Part shown: piece after piece, positions 21,828 to 31,219 of the stretch
How the letters are laid out: every line of letters begins with the position of its first letter
Position numbering within the stretch: the first letter of the stretch is position 1
Position numbers and translations under genes: made by a program
The notes under the pieces: model-generated
Told to the model about the DNA's origin: nothing
Database searches by the model: none
The model's input: the letters and a program-made list of their open reading frames with translations, nothing else
Origin: Myxococcota bacterium
GTDB lineage: Bacteria > Myxococcota_A > UBA9042 > PHBI01 > JAWLBL01
DNA length: 64,000 nt
NCBI GenBank assembly: GCA_041687695.1
Contig: JAWLBL010000007.1
Span: 192,001-256,000 of the forward strand
Direction: 5' to 3'

Positions 21828-23618
21828 TCAGGTCGCCGCGGGCTTGCGCACCGCGACGTGCAGCTCCTGGAGCTGCGCCGGATCGACCTCGTTGGGCGCG
21901 TCCGTCATCAGGTCGGTGGCCTTCTGCGTCTTGGGGAAGGCGATGACGTCGCGGATCGAGTCGACCCCAGCCAGCATCATGATGAGGCGGTCCATGCCCA
22001 GGGCCAGCCCGCCGTGCGGGGGCGTGCCGAAGCTCAGCGCCTCGAGCAGGAAGCCGAACTTGGCCTCGGCCTCGTCGTGGCCCATGCCCAGCAGCTCGAA
22101 GATGCGCCGCTGCACGTCCTGGTCGTGGATTCGGATGGACCCGCCGCCCAGCTCCGTGCCGTTGAGCACGACGTCGTAGGCCAGCGCGCGCACCTCGCCC
22201 GGGGCGCTCTGGAGCTTGTCCATGTCCTCGGGCGCGGGGCTCGTGAAGGGGTGGTGCTTGGAGAAGTAGCGCCCGCCCTCGGTCTCCTCCTCGAACAGCG
22301 GGAAGTCGGTGACCCAGACGAAGGCCAGCCCCTCGGGGTCGATGAGGCCCAGCTTGTCGCCGACCGCCAGCCGCAGGTGGGCCAGCGCGTCGTTGGTGAC
22401 CTTGAAGCTGTCGGCGACGAAGCACAGGAGGTCGCCTTCGGCGAGGTCGCAGCGCTCGGTCAGCTCGGCCTTGACCGCGTCCGAGAAGAACTTGGCCGCC
22501 GGCCCCTGCCAGGCGTCCTTGAGGATCTTGACCCAGGCCATGCCCTTGGCGCCGTAGCGCGTCGCGACCTCGCCCAGCTTGTCGATCTCGGCCCGGCTCA
22601 GCGCCGCCCCGCCGCCCTTGGCGTTGAGCGCCTTGACCAGGCCGCCCGAGGCCAGGACGGACTTGAAGACCTGAAAGTCGCTCTTGGCGACGATGTCGCC
22701 GACGTCCTTCAGCTCGAGCCCGAAGCGCAGATCCGGCCGGTCGATGCCGTACTTGTCCATCGCCTCGCGGTAGGTGATGCGCGGGATCTCGGCGCCGATG
22801 TCGACGCCCTTGGCCTCGCGCCAGCAGGCCCGCAGCAGGCCGCCGACCAGGCTGAAGATGTCCTCGGGCGTGACGAAGCTCATCTCGAGGTCGATCTGCG
22901 TGAACTCGGGCTGGCGGTCGGCGCGCAAGTCCTCGTCGCGGAAGCAGCGGCAGATCTGGAAGTAGCGGTCGTAGCCCGCGACCATGAAGATCTGCTTGAA
23001 GGTCTGGGGCGACTGCGGCAGGGCGTAGAACTGGCCCGGGTGGACGCGGCTCGGGACCAGGTAGTCGCGCGCGCCCTCGGGGGTGCTCTTGGTCAGGATC
23101 GGCGTCTCGAGCTCGAGGAAGCCGTTGTCCGACAGGTAGTTGCGCGTCAGCTGCGCGACGCGGTGCCGCATGACCAGGTTGTCCTGGAGCGGGCGCCGGC
23201 GCAGATCCAGGTAGCGGTACTTCAGCCGCAGGTTCTCGTTGGCGTCGGTGTGCTCGCTGATCTGGAACGGCGGCGTCTTCGAGGAGTTGAAGATCTCGAG
23301 CTGGCTGGCCTCGAGCTCGATGGCGCCCGTCGCGAGGTTCGGGTTGGTGTTCGAGCCGCGGCTGGCGACCTTGCCGCGCACGGCGACGACCCACTCGGCG
23401 CGCAGGCGGTCGGCGCGCGCGTGGGCGTCGGCGTCGACGGCCGGGTCGAACTTGACCTGGGTGATGCCGAAGCGGTCGCGGAGGTCGACGAAGATGCAGC
23501 CCCCGTGGTCGCGGTAGTTCTGGACCCAGCCCATCAGCACGGCGGTCTCGCCGACGTGCGAGGCGCGGAGCTCGCCGCAGGTGTGGGTGCGCTTGAACTG
23601 GCTCAGGAACTGGCTCAC
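21828..23618 (-). CDS. aspS: Aspartate--tRNA ligase
   Basis: RTHTCGEL, RLKYRYLDLRR, PEGARDY, FRDEDLRADRQPEFTQ, GGGSIR, PPHGG, IAFPKT. Confidence 0.97.
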   Translation of the reverse strand: MSQFLSQFKRTHTCGELRASHVGETAVLMGWVQNYRDHGGCIFVDLRDRFGITQVKFDPAVDADAHARADRLRAEWVVAVRGKVASRGSNTNPNLATGAIELEASQLEIFNSSKTPPFQISEHTDANENLRLKYRYLDLRRRPLQDNLVMRHRVAQLTRNYLSDNGFLELETPILTKSTPEGARDYLVPSRVHPGQFYALPQSPQTFKQIFMVAGYDRYFQICRCFRDEDLRADRQPEFTQIDLEMSFVTPEDIFSLVGGLLRACWREAKGVDIGAEIPRITYREAMDKYGIDRPDLRFGLELKDVGDIVAKSDFQVFKSVLASGGLVKALNAKGGGAALSRAEIDKLGEVATRYGAKGMAWVKILKDAWQGPAAKFFSDAVKAELTERCDLAEGDLLCFVADSFKVTNDALAHLRLAVGDKLGLIDPEGLAFVWVTDFPLFEEETEGGRYFSKHHPFTSPAPEDMDKLQSAPGEVRALAYDVVLNGTELGGGSIRIHDQDVQRRIFELLGMGHDEAEAKFGFLLEALSFGTPPHGGLALGMDRLIMMLAGVDSIRDVIAFPKTQKATDLMTDAPNEVDPAQLQELHVAVRKPAAT

Positions 23619-23778
23619 GCGTGGTCTCCCGGGTCGGGGCAGGGGTGGGGCAGGGGGCGCAGGCGGCCGGTGACGCTATCGCGGACGCCTCGGGAGGTCA
23701 CGCCTTTTGACCTTACGGCGGAATGGTGGCCGCGGCTCGGCCGTTGCGCGCGTCACCCCGTCCACCCCAGGAGCCCCC

Positions 23779-24969
23779 GTGTCCGCACGTCGCCTCGCCG
23801 TCGCCGCGCTCGCGCTGACCCTCACGGTCGCCGCCCCACGCGTCCAGGCCGCGCCCGCGCCGCGCCCGCACGCCGTCTTCACCGAGGGGCGGTCGGGCCA
23901 GGGCCAGCTGCGGATCGAGCGCGGCGTGCCCGTCCTGACCTTGCGTGGCACGCCGCGCGAGATGGGGCGCCAGCACGGCGAGCTGCTGAAGGACGAGATC
24001 CGGACCCTGTACGACGACTACCTGGTCGCCTTCGTCGGAGGGCCCGCCATGGCCCGAGTCGCTTCGGCGACCGCCTCGGCCACCCTGATGACGCACGTCC
24101 CGGACCGCTTCCGCGAGGAGATGGAGGGTTTGGCCGAAGGCGCCGGCCTGCCGATGGCGGCCGTCGTGCTGGCCCAGGCCTTCTTGGACCTGAAGAAGTC
24201 GGTGCAGTGCAGTACCCTCGCCGCGACCGGCCCGGCGGCGGCGGACGGAGAGCCGCTGCTGGCGCGCAACCTGGACTTCCCGTCGCTGGGGCTGGCCCAG
24301 CGCTACAGCCTGGTCATCGTGCGCGAGCCGGACCGCGGCCCCCGCACGGTCACCGTCGGCTGGCCGATGCTGCTCGGCACCCTGTCGGGCCTGAGCGAGC
24401 GCGGGCTGGCGCTGGCCATGATGGAGGTCTACGACGGCGGCACCTCGACGCTGTCGGGGATGCCCTACGCGCTGCTCTACCGGCAGACCCTGGAGGAGGC
24501 GACCACCGTCGACGAGGCGCTGGCCCACCTGGGCCGGGCGCGCCGGACCACGACGAACAACGTCACGCTGGTCGACGCGGCCGGGGGCGCCGCCGTGGCC
24601 GAGCTGTCGCCCGAGCGGGTCGCGATCCGGCGACCCAGCCAGGGCGTGGTCATGGCGACCAACCACTTCCGCGCCGAGCCCCACCGTCACGGCGAGGCCT
24701 GCCCGCGTTACGCGCGGCTGCGGCGGGACGCCCGCGAGCGGGCCCGCCCCTACACCGCGGCCGATCTCGAGGGCCTGCTGGCCGAGGTCGCCCTCGGCCG
24801 CGACAACCTGCAGGCCATGATCCTGATGCCCCGCGCGCGCGCCCTGAGGCTGGCCATCGGCCGGGCGCCGGCCGCCGCGGGGCCCTACGTCCTGCTCGAC
24901 CGGGGCCTATTGTTCGGACAGCCGCGGCCCTCGCCGCCGCGCTCCGACACCGCTGCCCCCGCGAGGTGA
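23779..24969 (+). CDS. Secreted C45-family Ntn-hydrolase (acyltransferase/peptidase)
   Basis: Signal peptide; EMGRQHG, EEMEGLAEG, autocleavage Q/CST, ARNLDF, ATNHF; AGGAG SD before GTG 23779. Confidence 0.85.
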   Translation: MSARRLAVAALALTLTVAAPRVQAAPAPRPHAVFTEGRSGQGQLRIERGVPVLTLRGTPREMGRQHGELLKDEIRTLYDDYLVAFVGGPAMARVASATASATLMTHVPDRFREEMEGLAEGAGLPMAAVVLAQAFLDLKKSVQCSTLAATGPAAADGEPLLARNLDFPSLGLAQRYSLVIVREPDRGPRTVTVGWPMLLGTLSGLSERGLALAMMEVYDGGTSTLSGMPYALLYRQTLEEATTVDEALAHLGRARRTTTNNVTLVDAAGGAAVAELSPERVAIRRPSQGVVMATNHFRAEPHRHGEACPRYARLRRDARERARPYTAADLEGLLAEVALGRDNLQAMILMPRARALRLAIGRAPAAAGPYVLLDRGLLFGQPRPSPPRSDTAAPAR

Positions 24970-24973
24970 CCCG

Positions 24974-25774
24974 ATGCCCGCCGCCAACGCCTGGAGCCCC
25001 GAGCAGTACGAGCGCTTCCGGAGTGAGCGCGAGCAGCCGTTCCACGACCTGGTCGCGCTGATCCGGCCGCACTCGCGCCCGGGCGAGCGCATGACCATCG
25101 TGGACCTCGGCTGCGGGACCGGCGCCTTGACGCGGCAGCTGCACGATCGCTTCCACGCGCTCGAGACCGTCGGCGTCGACAGCTCGCCCGCGATGCTGGC
25201 CACGGCGCGCGAGCGGGCGACCGACGGCGCCAGGGACCTGCACTTCGCCCAGGGGGACATCACGGCCTTCGCGCCCGAGACGCCCTTCGATCTCGTGTTC
25301 TCGAACGCGGCCCTGCACTGGCTGCCCGACCACCCGCGGCTGTTCGCGTCACTGACCTCGGCCGTGGCGCCGCACGGGCAGCTGGCCGTGCAGATGCCCG
25401 CCAACGACGACCACCCGGCCTGGCGTCTGGCCGCGATCCTGGCCCGCGAGGAGCCCTTCACCTCGGCGATGGACGGCTGGTTTCGGCAGAGCCCCGTCCT
25501 GCCACCCGAGCACTACGCGCTGCTACTGCGAGACCTCGGCTACGCCCAGCAGCAGGTCCGCCTGCAGGTCTACCTGCACGAGCTGCCCGACCGCGACGCG
25601 GTCATCGAGTGGGTCCGCGGCGCGCTGCTGACCGCCTACCAGGAGCGGATGCCGGTCGATCTCTTCGCCGAGTTCCTCATCGAGTACGGCCGCCGCCTAC
25701 GCCAGGCCCTGCCCGACACGCGGCCCTACCTGTTCCCGTTCAAGCGTCTGCTGTTGTGGGCGCGCAAGCCCTGA
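24974..25774 (+). CDS. tam: Trans-aconitate 2-methyltransferase-like SAM methyltransferase
   Basis: WSPEQYERF, VDLGCGTG, GVDSSPAML, SNAALHWLPDH, QLAVQMP. Confidence 0.85.
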   Translation: MPAANAWSPEQYERFRSEREQPFHDLVALIRPHSRPGERMTIVDLGCGTGALTRQLHDRFHALETVGVDSSPAMLATARERATDGARDLHFAQGDITAFAPETPFDLVFSNAALHWLPDHPRLFASLTSAVAPHGQLAVQMPANDDHPAWRLAAILAREEPFTSAMDGWFRQSPVLPPEHYALLLRDLGYAQQQVRLQVYLHELPDRDAVIEWVRGALLTAYQERMPVDLFAEFLIEYGRRLRQALPDTRPYLFPFKRLLLWARKP

Positions 25775-25811
25775 GCGGGCAGCCTCCGGGCGACGCGCCG
25801 CCTTTCGAAAG

Positions 25812-25848
25812 CGAAACAGGCGGCCCCGACCGAAGTCGAAGCCGCCTG
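25812..25848 (-). terminator. Intrinsic terminator after the distal tRNA-Asp
   Basis: Minus strand caggcggc..gac-TTCG-gtc..gccgcctg followed by TTTC. Confidence 0.65.
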
Positions 25849-25853
25849 CGTCG

Positions 25854-25930
<77 letters not shown>

Positions 25931-25989
25931 ACGGGGCGCTCACTCTATCGGGGCCGTCTGCGCAGGACGACGCCCGTCGTTCGAAAGAG

Positions 25990-26026
25990 AAACAGGTGAC
26001 TTCGACCGAAGTCGAAGCCACCTGTT
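25990..26026 (-). terminator. Intrinsic terminator after the proximal tRNA-Asp
   Basis: Paralogous UUCG-capped hairpin caggtggcttcgac-TTCG-gtcgaagtcacctg followed by TTTC. Confidence 0.65.
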
Positions 26027-26031
26027 CCAGG

Positions 26032-26108
<77 letters not shown>

Positions 26109-26129
26109 ACGAACGATTCGGTTTTTCAG

Positions 26130-26202
26130 TGGGCGAAACAGGGTTCGAACCTGTGACCCCCTGCTTGTAAGGCAGGTGCTCTCCCGGCTGAGCTATTCGC
26201 CC
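26130..26202 (-). tRNA. tRNA-Val(TAC)
   Basis: GGGCGAATAGCTCAG...CCTGC-CTTACAA-GCAGG...GTTCGAA; CCA not encoded. Confidence 0.95.
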
Positions 26203-26232
26203 GCAGAGGGCTCCCCGGCGAGGGCGAGGCGG

Positions 26233-26261
26233 GTTATGACACCGGCTCTCCGGGGTGTCAA
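26233..26261 (-). promoter_or_regulatory. Sigma70 promoter of the tRNA Val-Asp-Asp cluster
   Basis: TTGACA-N17-CATAAC about 30 nt upstream of tRNA-Val. Confidence 0.65.
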
Positions 26262-26406
26262 CGGAAAAAACGACAGGGGACCGTCACGTCCGGCGACGGG
26301 TCCGACCGGGCCCGGGCGACCGACGAGAGGCCAGGGGGGCTGGATACACGAAGACCCCGCCGAAGCGAGGTCCCCGAGGGCGCGGGCCGGTCCCCGCGAG
26401 GATGTC

Positions 26407-26773
26407 TGGTGGAGGCGCGGGGAGTCGAACCCCGGTCCGAAAGCGATCCGTACTCGAGCGTCTACGTGCGTAGGTTCCGTGATTTAATCTGAGCTCCGGG
26501 ACTCCCACGGGCAGGATTCTCGGCGCCGATCCTCAGTGTATCTCGTCCCTGGCTGCTGAGGCGCCGGTCAGGGACCAGCCTGCTTTTAATATAGCAGTCG
26601 CATCCGTCGCCACAGGCAGGCTACGAAGTGACCGCCTCGCTAGGTTTTTTAGGCCGCGAGGGCAAACGCGTTGTCGTTGGCGTTTGTAGATCCCTACCGT
26701 TTTTGACCGGGTCGATAGGATCCCGGGCACGCAACTCGGACTTCAGCACCCCCGTCGAAACCTGTTCGCCCCC
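26407..26773 (-). ncRNA. ssrA: tmRNA
   Basis: 5' GGGGGCGAACAGGTTTCGAC, 3' GGTTCGACTCCCCGCGCCTCCACCA, tag ORF ANDNAFALAA-stop. Confidence 0.96.
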
Positions 26774-26791
26774 ATAGCGAACGACTCGCCA

Positions 26792-26819
26792 ACTATAGGG
26801 CGCGCGGCCCGGCGGTCAA
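26792..26819 (-). promoter_or_regulatory. Sigma70 promoter of ssrA
   Basis: TTGACC-N16-TATAGT immediately upstream of tmRNA. Confidence 0.7.
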
Positions 26820-28192
26820 GGGCCCCGGTCGCGACCGCGCGGTTCGGCCCGCAGCGTGGGCGGCGTGACGCGCGGCCCGGCGTCGAGGGCGAGCACGTTG
26901 AAGACGGCGCGGGCGCTGCACTTCATGCCGGCCGGGAAGCGGTAGGCGGCGATGCGGTCGCGCAGGCAGCGCTCGGCCGGCGCGGCGCGGGCCTGGGCGT
27001 CCTGGGGCGAGGGACGGACGCGCCCCCGCTCGATGCGCAGCGTCACGATCTGGCGCGCGGAGCCCGGCCCGTCGAAGCAGGGCTCGGCCGTCGCGGCGGC
27101 CTCCCGCAGGCGCTCGAGCACGGCGCCGCGCTCGCAGCTGCCCTCGATGTTCAGGCTCTCGACCCGCACCCGCCCGGTGGCCGCGCGCCGCGGCGGCGCC
27201 ACGGTCGGGATCTGCGCCGGGGTGACCGTGTCGGGCGCGCGTGGAGGCGGGCTCGGTGCCTCGGCGGCCAGCCACCGGACGAAGGCCCCCGCGTCGGCCG
27301 TCGTGAGGTGCAGGCCCGTGGTCCGCCGCGCGTCGCCCCCGCCGAAGACGTGCGGCAGCACGGTCCGCGCGATCTTCGCGAGATCGCGCGCCCGCTCGGG
27401 ATCGCGCTCGCGCCAGGCGGCGATCGCCCGTCCCCAGGCCGCCCACGCCTGCCGGGGGTTGCGCTCGAGCAGCACGTCGAAGGCCTCGATGGCCGCCCGC
27501 GTGCGGTCGGCGGCCAGCAGGGCGTAGGCGCGGGCCAGCGCGAGCTCGTCGTCCTCGGGGCGCGCGGCGGCCGCCCGCTGCAGTAGCTCGAGGGCCCGCA
27601 TGGGGTCCCCCGGTCGCCGACGCTCCAGCAGCATGAGCCCGACGTCGGTCTGGATGCGCACGTCTCCGGGGGCCAGCTCCAAGGCCCGCTCGCCGTCCTC
27701 GGCGGCGGCCTCGACGTGCCCCAGCCGGTACTGGATGATGGCGCGATCGTGGCGGTAGCCGGCGTCGTCGGGGGCCAGCGAGACGGCGCGGGTCGCGGCG
27801 ATGAGCGCCTCCTCGTAGCGACCCTGCCACTCGTGCAGCGCCGCCAGGTTGCCCCAGGCGGGGGCCAGCTGGGGGTCGGCCTCGGTCGCCTTTCGGAGGG
27901 ACGCCTCGGCGGCGCCGCGTTGGCCGCCCTCGCGGTACAGGACCCCCAGCATCAGGTGGATGCGGGCGTCCTCGCGGAAGCGCTCGCGCGCCGCCTCGAG
28001 CACCTGGATCGCCCGGCGCCGGTTGCCCGAGTCGGCGAGCGCGGACGCCTGCGCCCGCGCCCGCTCGGGGTCCGTGGCCTCTCCGGCCGGCGGCGCCTGG
28101 GCGCGCCCCAGCCCCGGCCCGACGAGCAGCAGCGCCGCGACCAGCGCCGTGGCCAGCCCGGCGAGCCCTCGGGTGGACGCGGCGCCGGTCAA
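26816..28192 (-). CDS. Secreted tetratricopeptide repeat protein with a small Cys-containing C-terminal domain
   Basis: Signal peptide, multiple TPRs (AWGNLAAL, ALELAPGD); TTG 28192 overlaps the SDR stop; start uncertain. Confidence 0.8.
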   Translation of the reverse strand: MTGAASTRGLAGLATALVAALLLVGPGLGRAQAPPAGEATDPERARAQASALADSGNRRRAIQVLEAARERFREDARIHLMLGVLYREGGQRGAAEASLRKATEADPQLAPAWGNLAALHEWQGRYEEALIAATRAVSLAPDDAGYRHDRAIIQYRLGHVEAAAEDGERALELAPGDVRIQTDVGLMLLERRRPGDPMRALELLQRAAAARPEDDELALARAYALLAADRTRAAIEAFDVLLERNPRQAWAAWGRAIAAWRERDPERARDLAKIARTVLPHVFGGGDARRTTGLHLTTADAGAFVRWLAAEAPSPPPRAPDTVTPAQIPTVAPPRRAATGRVRVESLNIEGSCERGAVLERLREAAATAEPCFDGPGSARQIVTLRIERGRVRPSPQDAQARAAPAERCLRDRIAAYRFPAGMKCSARAVFNVLALDAGPRVTPPTLRAEPRGRDRGP

Positions 28193-28980
28193 GCGCGCCC
28201 GCGAGCGCCGTCGGACTTGGCCCGACGCAGGGCGCGGTCGTACAGCCACAGCGGCATCCGGCGCACGGCGCGCATGATGAAGGCCAGCTGCCAGGGGAAG
28301 TCGATCTGGGCGCGGCGCCGCTCGAGCCCGTCGACGACCACGCGCGCGGCGGCCTCGACGGGCATCAGGAACGGCATCGGGAAGCGGTTCTTGTCGGTCA
28401 TCGGGGTCTTCACGAACCCAGGGTGGATGGTCGTGACCGACACGCCGCGCCGCGCCAGATCGAGCCGCAGCGACTCCATCAGGGCGGTGACGGCCGCCTT
28501 GCTGGCCGAGTAGGCGGCCGAGTCAGGAAGGCCGCGCCAGGCCGCCAGGCTGGACACCGCGGCCAGGAAGCCCTCGCCTCGCTCGAGCAGCCCCGGCTGC
28601 ACGGCCGCGAGGCTGTTGACGACGCCCATCACGTTGACGTCGAACAGGCGGCGCTCGCGCTCGGGGCGCAGGATGCCGCCGGTCGTCGGATCCCCGACGC
28701 CCGCGTTGGCGACCAGCCCGTAGACCGGACCGAGCCGCTCCTCGAGACGCCCCACGGCCTGGGACAGCGCCTCGAAGTCGCACACGTCCGCCGGCTCGCG
28801 GGCCGCGCGGCCGCCAGCCGCCTCGATGGCTCGCGCCACCTCGTCGAGCTGCTCGGGGCGCCGCGCCACGAGGCCCACGTGGGCGCCGCGGCGGCCGAGC
28901 TCGACCGCGATGGCGGCGCCGATGCCGCTCGAGGCGCCCGTGACGACGACGTGGTGTCCCTCGAGATCGAGTCTCGCCAT
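28189..28980 (-). CDS. Short-chain dehydrogenase/reductase
   Basis: TGASSGIG, ANAG, SS, YSASK, PGFVKTPMT. Confidence 0.93.
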   Translation of the reverse strand: MARLDLEGHHVVVTGASSGIGAAIAVELGRRGAHVGLVARRPEQLDEVARAIEAAGGRAAREPADVCDFEALSQAVGRLEERLGPVYGLVANAGVGDPTTGGILRPERERRLFDVNVMGVVNSLAAVQPGLLERGEGFLAAVSSLAAWRGLPDSAAYSASKAAVTALMESLRLDLARRGVSVTTIHPGFVKTPMTDKNRFPMPFLMPVEAAARVVVDGLERRRAQIDFPWQLAFIMRAVRRMPLWLYDRALRRAKSDGARGRA

Positions 28981-28987
28981 GGAGGCC

Positions 28988-30139
28988 TCAGCCGCGCTGG
29001 TGCAGGGGGGTGAAGGGGCGCTCGCGGTGGCCCTCGTAGACCTGGGTCGGGCGGAAGATGCGGTTGCCCTGCAGCTGCTCGACCCAGTGCGCGAGCCAGC
29101 CGGCCACGCGCGCGATGGCGAAGATGGGCGTGAAGAGGTCGGGCTCGATGCCCATCTTGGCGTAGACGATGCCCGAGTAGAAGTCGACGTTGGGATAGAT
29201 GCCCTTGGGCCCGAGGCGCTCGGCGGCCAGATCCTCGACCTTTCGGGCGATCTCGTAGCGGCGGTCGGTCCCGAGGTGGTCGAACAGGCGCATCGCCAGG
29301 CCCTGCAGGATGGTCGCGCGGGGATCCTTGGTCTTGTAGACCCGGTGGCCGAGGCCCATGATCTTCTGCTTGTTGGCGATCTTGGCGCCGATGACCTCGT
29401 CGACCCGGTCGGGCGACCCGATGGCGTCGAGCATCACCAGCACCTCTTCGTTGGCGCCGCCATGGAGCGGACCCGACAGGGTGCCGACGGCCGACGAGAC
29501 GACCGTGAAGGGGTCGGCCAGGGTCGAGCCGACGACGCGCGCCGAGAACGTCGAGGCGTTCATGGTGTGCTCGGCGTGCAGGATGAGGCACACGTCCATC
29601 GTGCGGGCCGTGACGGGGTCGGGCTCGGCGCCGGTCAGCATGTACAGGAAGTTGGCCGCGTGGCCGAGGTCGTCGCGCGGCAGGACGGCCTCGTCGCCGC
29701 GACGCAGCCGGGCGAAGGCGGCCACCAGGGTCGGCAGCTTGGCGATGAGGCGGATGACGGCCTCGCGCTGCACCTGCGCGTCCAGCACGGCGCGCGCCGG
29801 ATAGAACATGCCCAGCGCGGCGGTCGCGGCCTGCAGGGCGTCCATCGGGTGGCCGCCTTCGGGCAAGCACTCGAGCAGGTCGACGATCTTGTACTTCAGG
29901 CGCCGGTGCTGGCGCAGCTCGGCGTCGAAGGCCTGCAGCTGGGCGCGCGTGGGCAGCTCGCCGTAGACCAGAAGGGCGGCGACCTCCTCGAAGGTGCAGT
30001 GCTCGGCCAGGTCCTCGATCGAGTAGCCCCGGTAGTAGAGCTTGCCCAGCTGTCCGTTGATGGACGAGACCTTGGAGGCGGCGCAGGGCACGCCCTCGAG
30101 GCCGGGGATGAGCGCGGGCTTGGGGGTCGCTTCGGGCAT
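28988..30139 (-). CDS. gltA: Citrate synthase (short type II / 2-methylcitrate synthase family)
   Basis: GLEGV, LYYRGY, HAEHTMNASTF, GPLHGGANE, MGLGHRVYK, PNVDFYSG. Confidence 0.9.
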   Translation of the reverse strand: MPEATPKPALIPGLEGVPCAASKVSSINGQLGKLYYRGYSIEDLAEHCTFEEVAALLVYGELPTRAQLQAFDAELRQHRRLKYKIVDLLECLPEGGHPMDALQAATAALGMFYPARAVLDAQVQREAVIRLIAKLPTLVAAFARLRRGDEAVLPRDDLGHAANFLYMLTGAEPDPVTARTMDVCLILHAEHTMNASTFSARVVGSTLADPFTVVSSAVGTLSGPLHGGANEEVLVMLDAIGSPDRVDEVIGAKIANKQKIMGLGHRVYKTKDPRATILQGLAMRLFDHLGTDRRYEIARKVEDLAAERLGPKGIYPNVDFYSGIVYAKMGIEPDLFTPIFAIARVAGWLAHWVEQLQGNRIFRPTQVYEGHRERPFTPLHQRG

Positions 30140-30239
30140 GGGCGGCGGCTCCTCGCGTCGTCGGGCCGGTTGGCGCGGCGCGCGGAGGCTAACAAAGGCC
30201 TCGGAGCCTTGGCAACGCGGGGGTCCGGCCGGCGGGCCC

Positions 30240-31121
30240 TCAGGGGGCCGGCTCGGGCAGCGTCCAGCCGATGACCTCGAGCTGCGGGCGGCAGTAGTGC
30301 GACAGCGCCTGCTTGACCACCCGCGCCTGGACGCTGAGCGCGACGTCCCGGTGGAGCGCGACGAAGTCCATCAGCGCGCGCGCGGCCGGCGTGCGCGGCA
30401 CGTAGGCGTGCGCGAAGTCGCCTTTGGCGTTGTGCAGGCGCAGGGCGTAGTGGGTGCGGTCGGCGCCCTTGAAGACGCAGTGGTAGGCCGTGTCGAGGCG
30501 AGCGCCCGCGGTCAGCTGGACGTGGGCGCCGACCTCGAGCCCCTCGGTCTCGACGCCCGCGTGGCGGCGCTTGCGCCCCATCAGGCCGTCCCACAGCTCC
30601 TTGTCGGCCGAGGCGTCGAGGCCCGCGTGGCGGGGGCCGACCGTCGGGTCGGGGCGGCCGGGCGGGAGCGACCCGTCGGGGTACTGCCAGCCCTGCGACC
30701 ACTTGAGGATGTCCACCTGGTCGGGGCACAGCTCGCTCAGACGCGCCGGATCGAAGCGGACTTGCACCGTGATGGGCGCCCAGGGGTCGCGCTCGAGCGA
30801 GTCGGCCAGGATGCGGCCGAGCTCGGTCGGCATGTAGCCGGTCAGCGTCTCGAGCGGGCCGCCGAGCAGGGTGAAGGCCATCAGCTGGCCCTCGGTGCCG
30901 CGGTAGCCGCAATTGTAATAGGAGGTGCGGCGGGCGTGGACGCGCAGGGTGACCACGCGGCCGGCCTGCTCGAAGCGGTCCTGGACGAGGCGGGTCACGG
31001 TCGGCCAGTTGCGCGGGTCGCGGCTGGGCGCGTCGGAGGCCTGGGCGGCCGCGTCGCCGGCCGGATGGGCCAGCGCGAGCGCGGCGAGCAGGGCGACGAG
31101 GGCGAGGGCGGGGCGTGACAC
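30240..31121 (-). CDS. Secreted hypothetical protein with two internally repeated Cys-containing domains
   Basis: Signal peptide; ARRTSYYNCGY resembles ARLDTAYHCVF; GC3-biased codons; start uncertain. Confidence 0.72.
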   Translation of the reverse strand: MSRPALALVALLAALALAHPAGDAAAQASDAPSRDPRNWPTVTRLVQDRFEQAGRVVTLRVHARRTSYYNCGYRGTEGQLMAFTLLGGPLETLTGYMPTELGRILADSLERDPWAPITVQVRFDPARLSELCPDQVDILKWSQGWQYPDGSLPPGRPDPTVGPRHAGLDASADKELWDGLMGRKRRHAGVETEGLEVGAHVQLTAGARLDTAYHCVFKGADRTHYALRLHNAKGDFAHAYVPRTPAARALMDFVALHRDVALSVQARVVKQALSHYCRPQLEVIGWTLPEPAP

Positions 31122-31219
31122 GGGCGGCACTATCGGGCGCCGGGTTCGGGGAATCAAACAATTTGCCGTAGTCTGGCGCCGCTGGTAGGTGTTGCGGCCA
31201 CTCCGGGGGAAACCAACAC

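Noticed and set aside
26203..26410. Island integrated at tmRNA or tRNA-Val(TAC)
   Set aside because: No duplicated 3' fragment, integrase or cargo; the gap holds only hairpins and a promoter
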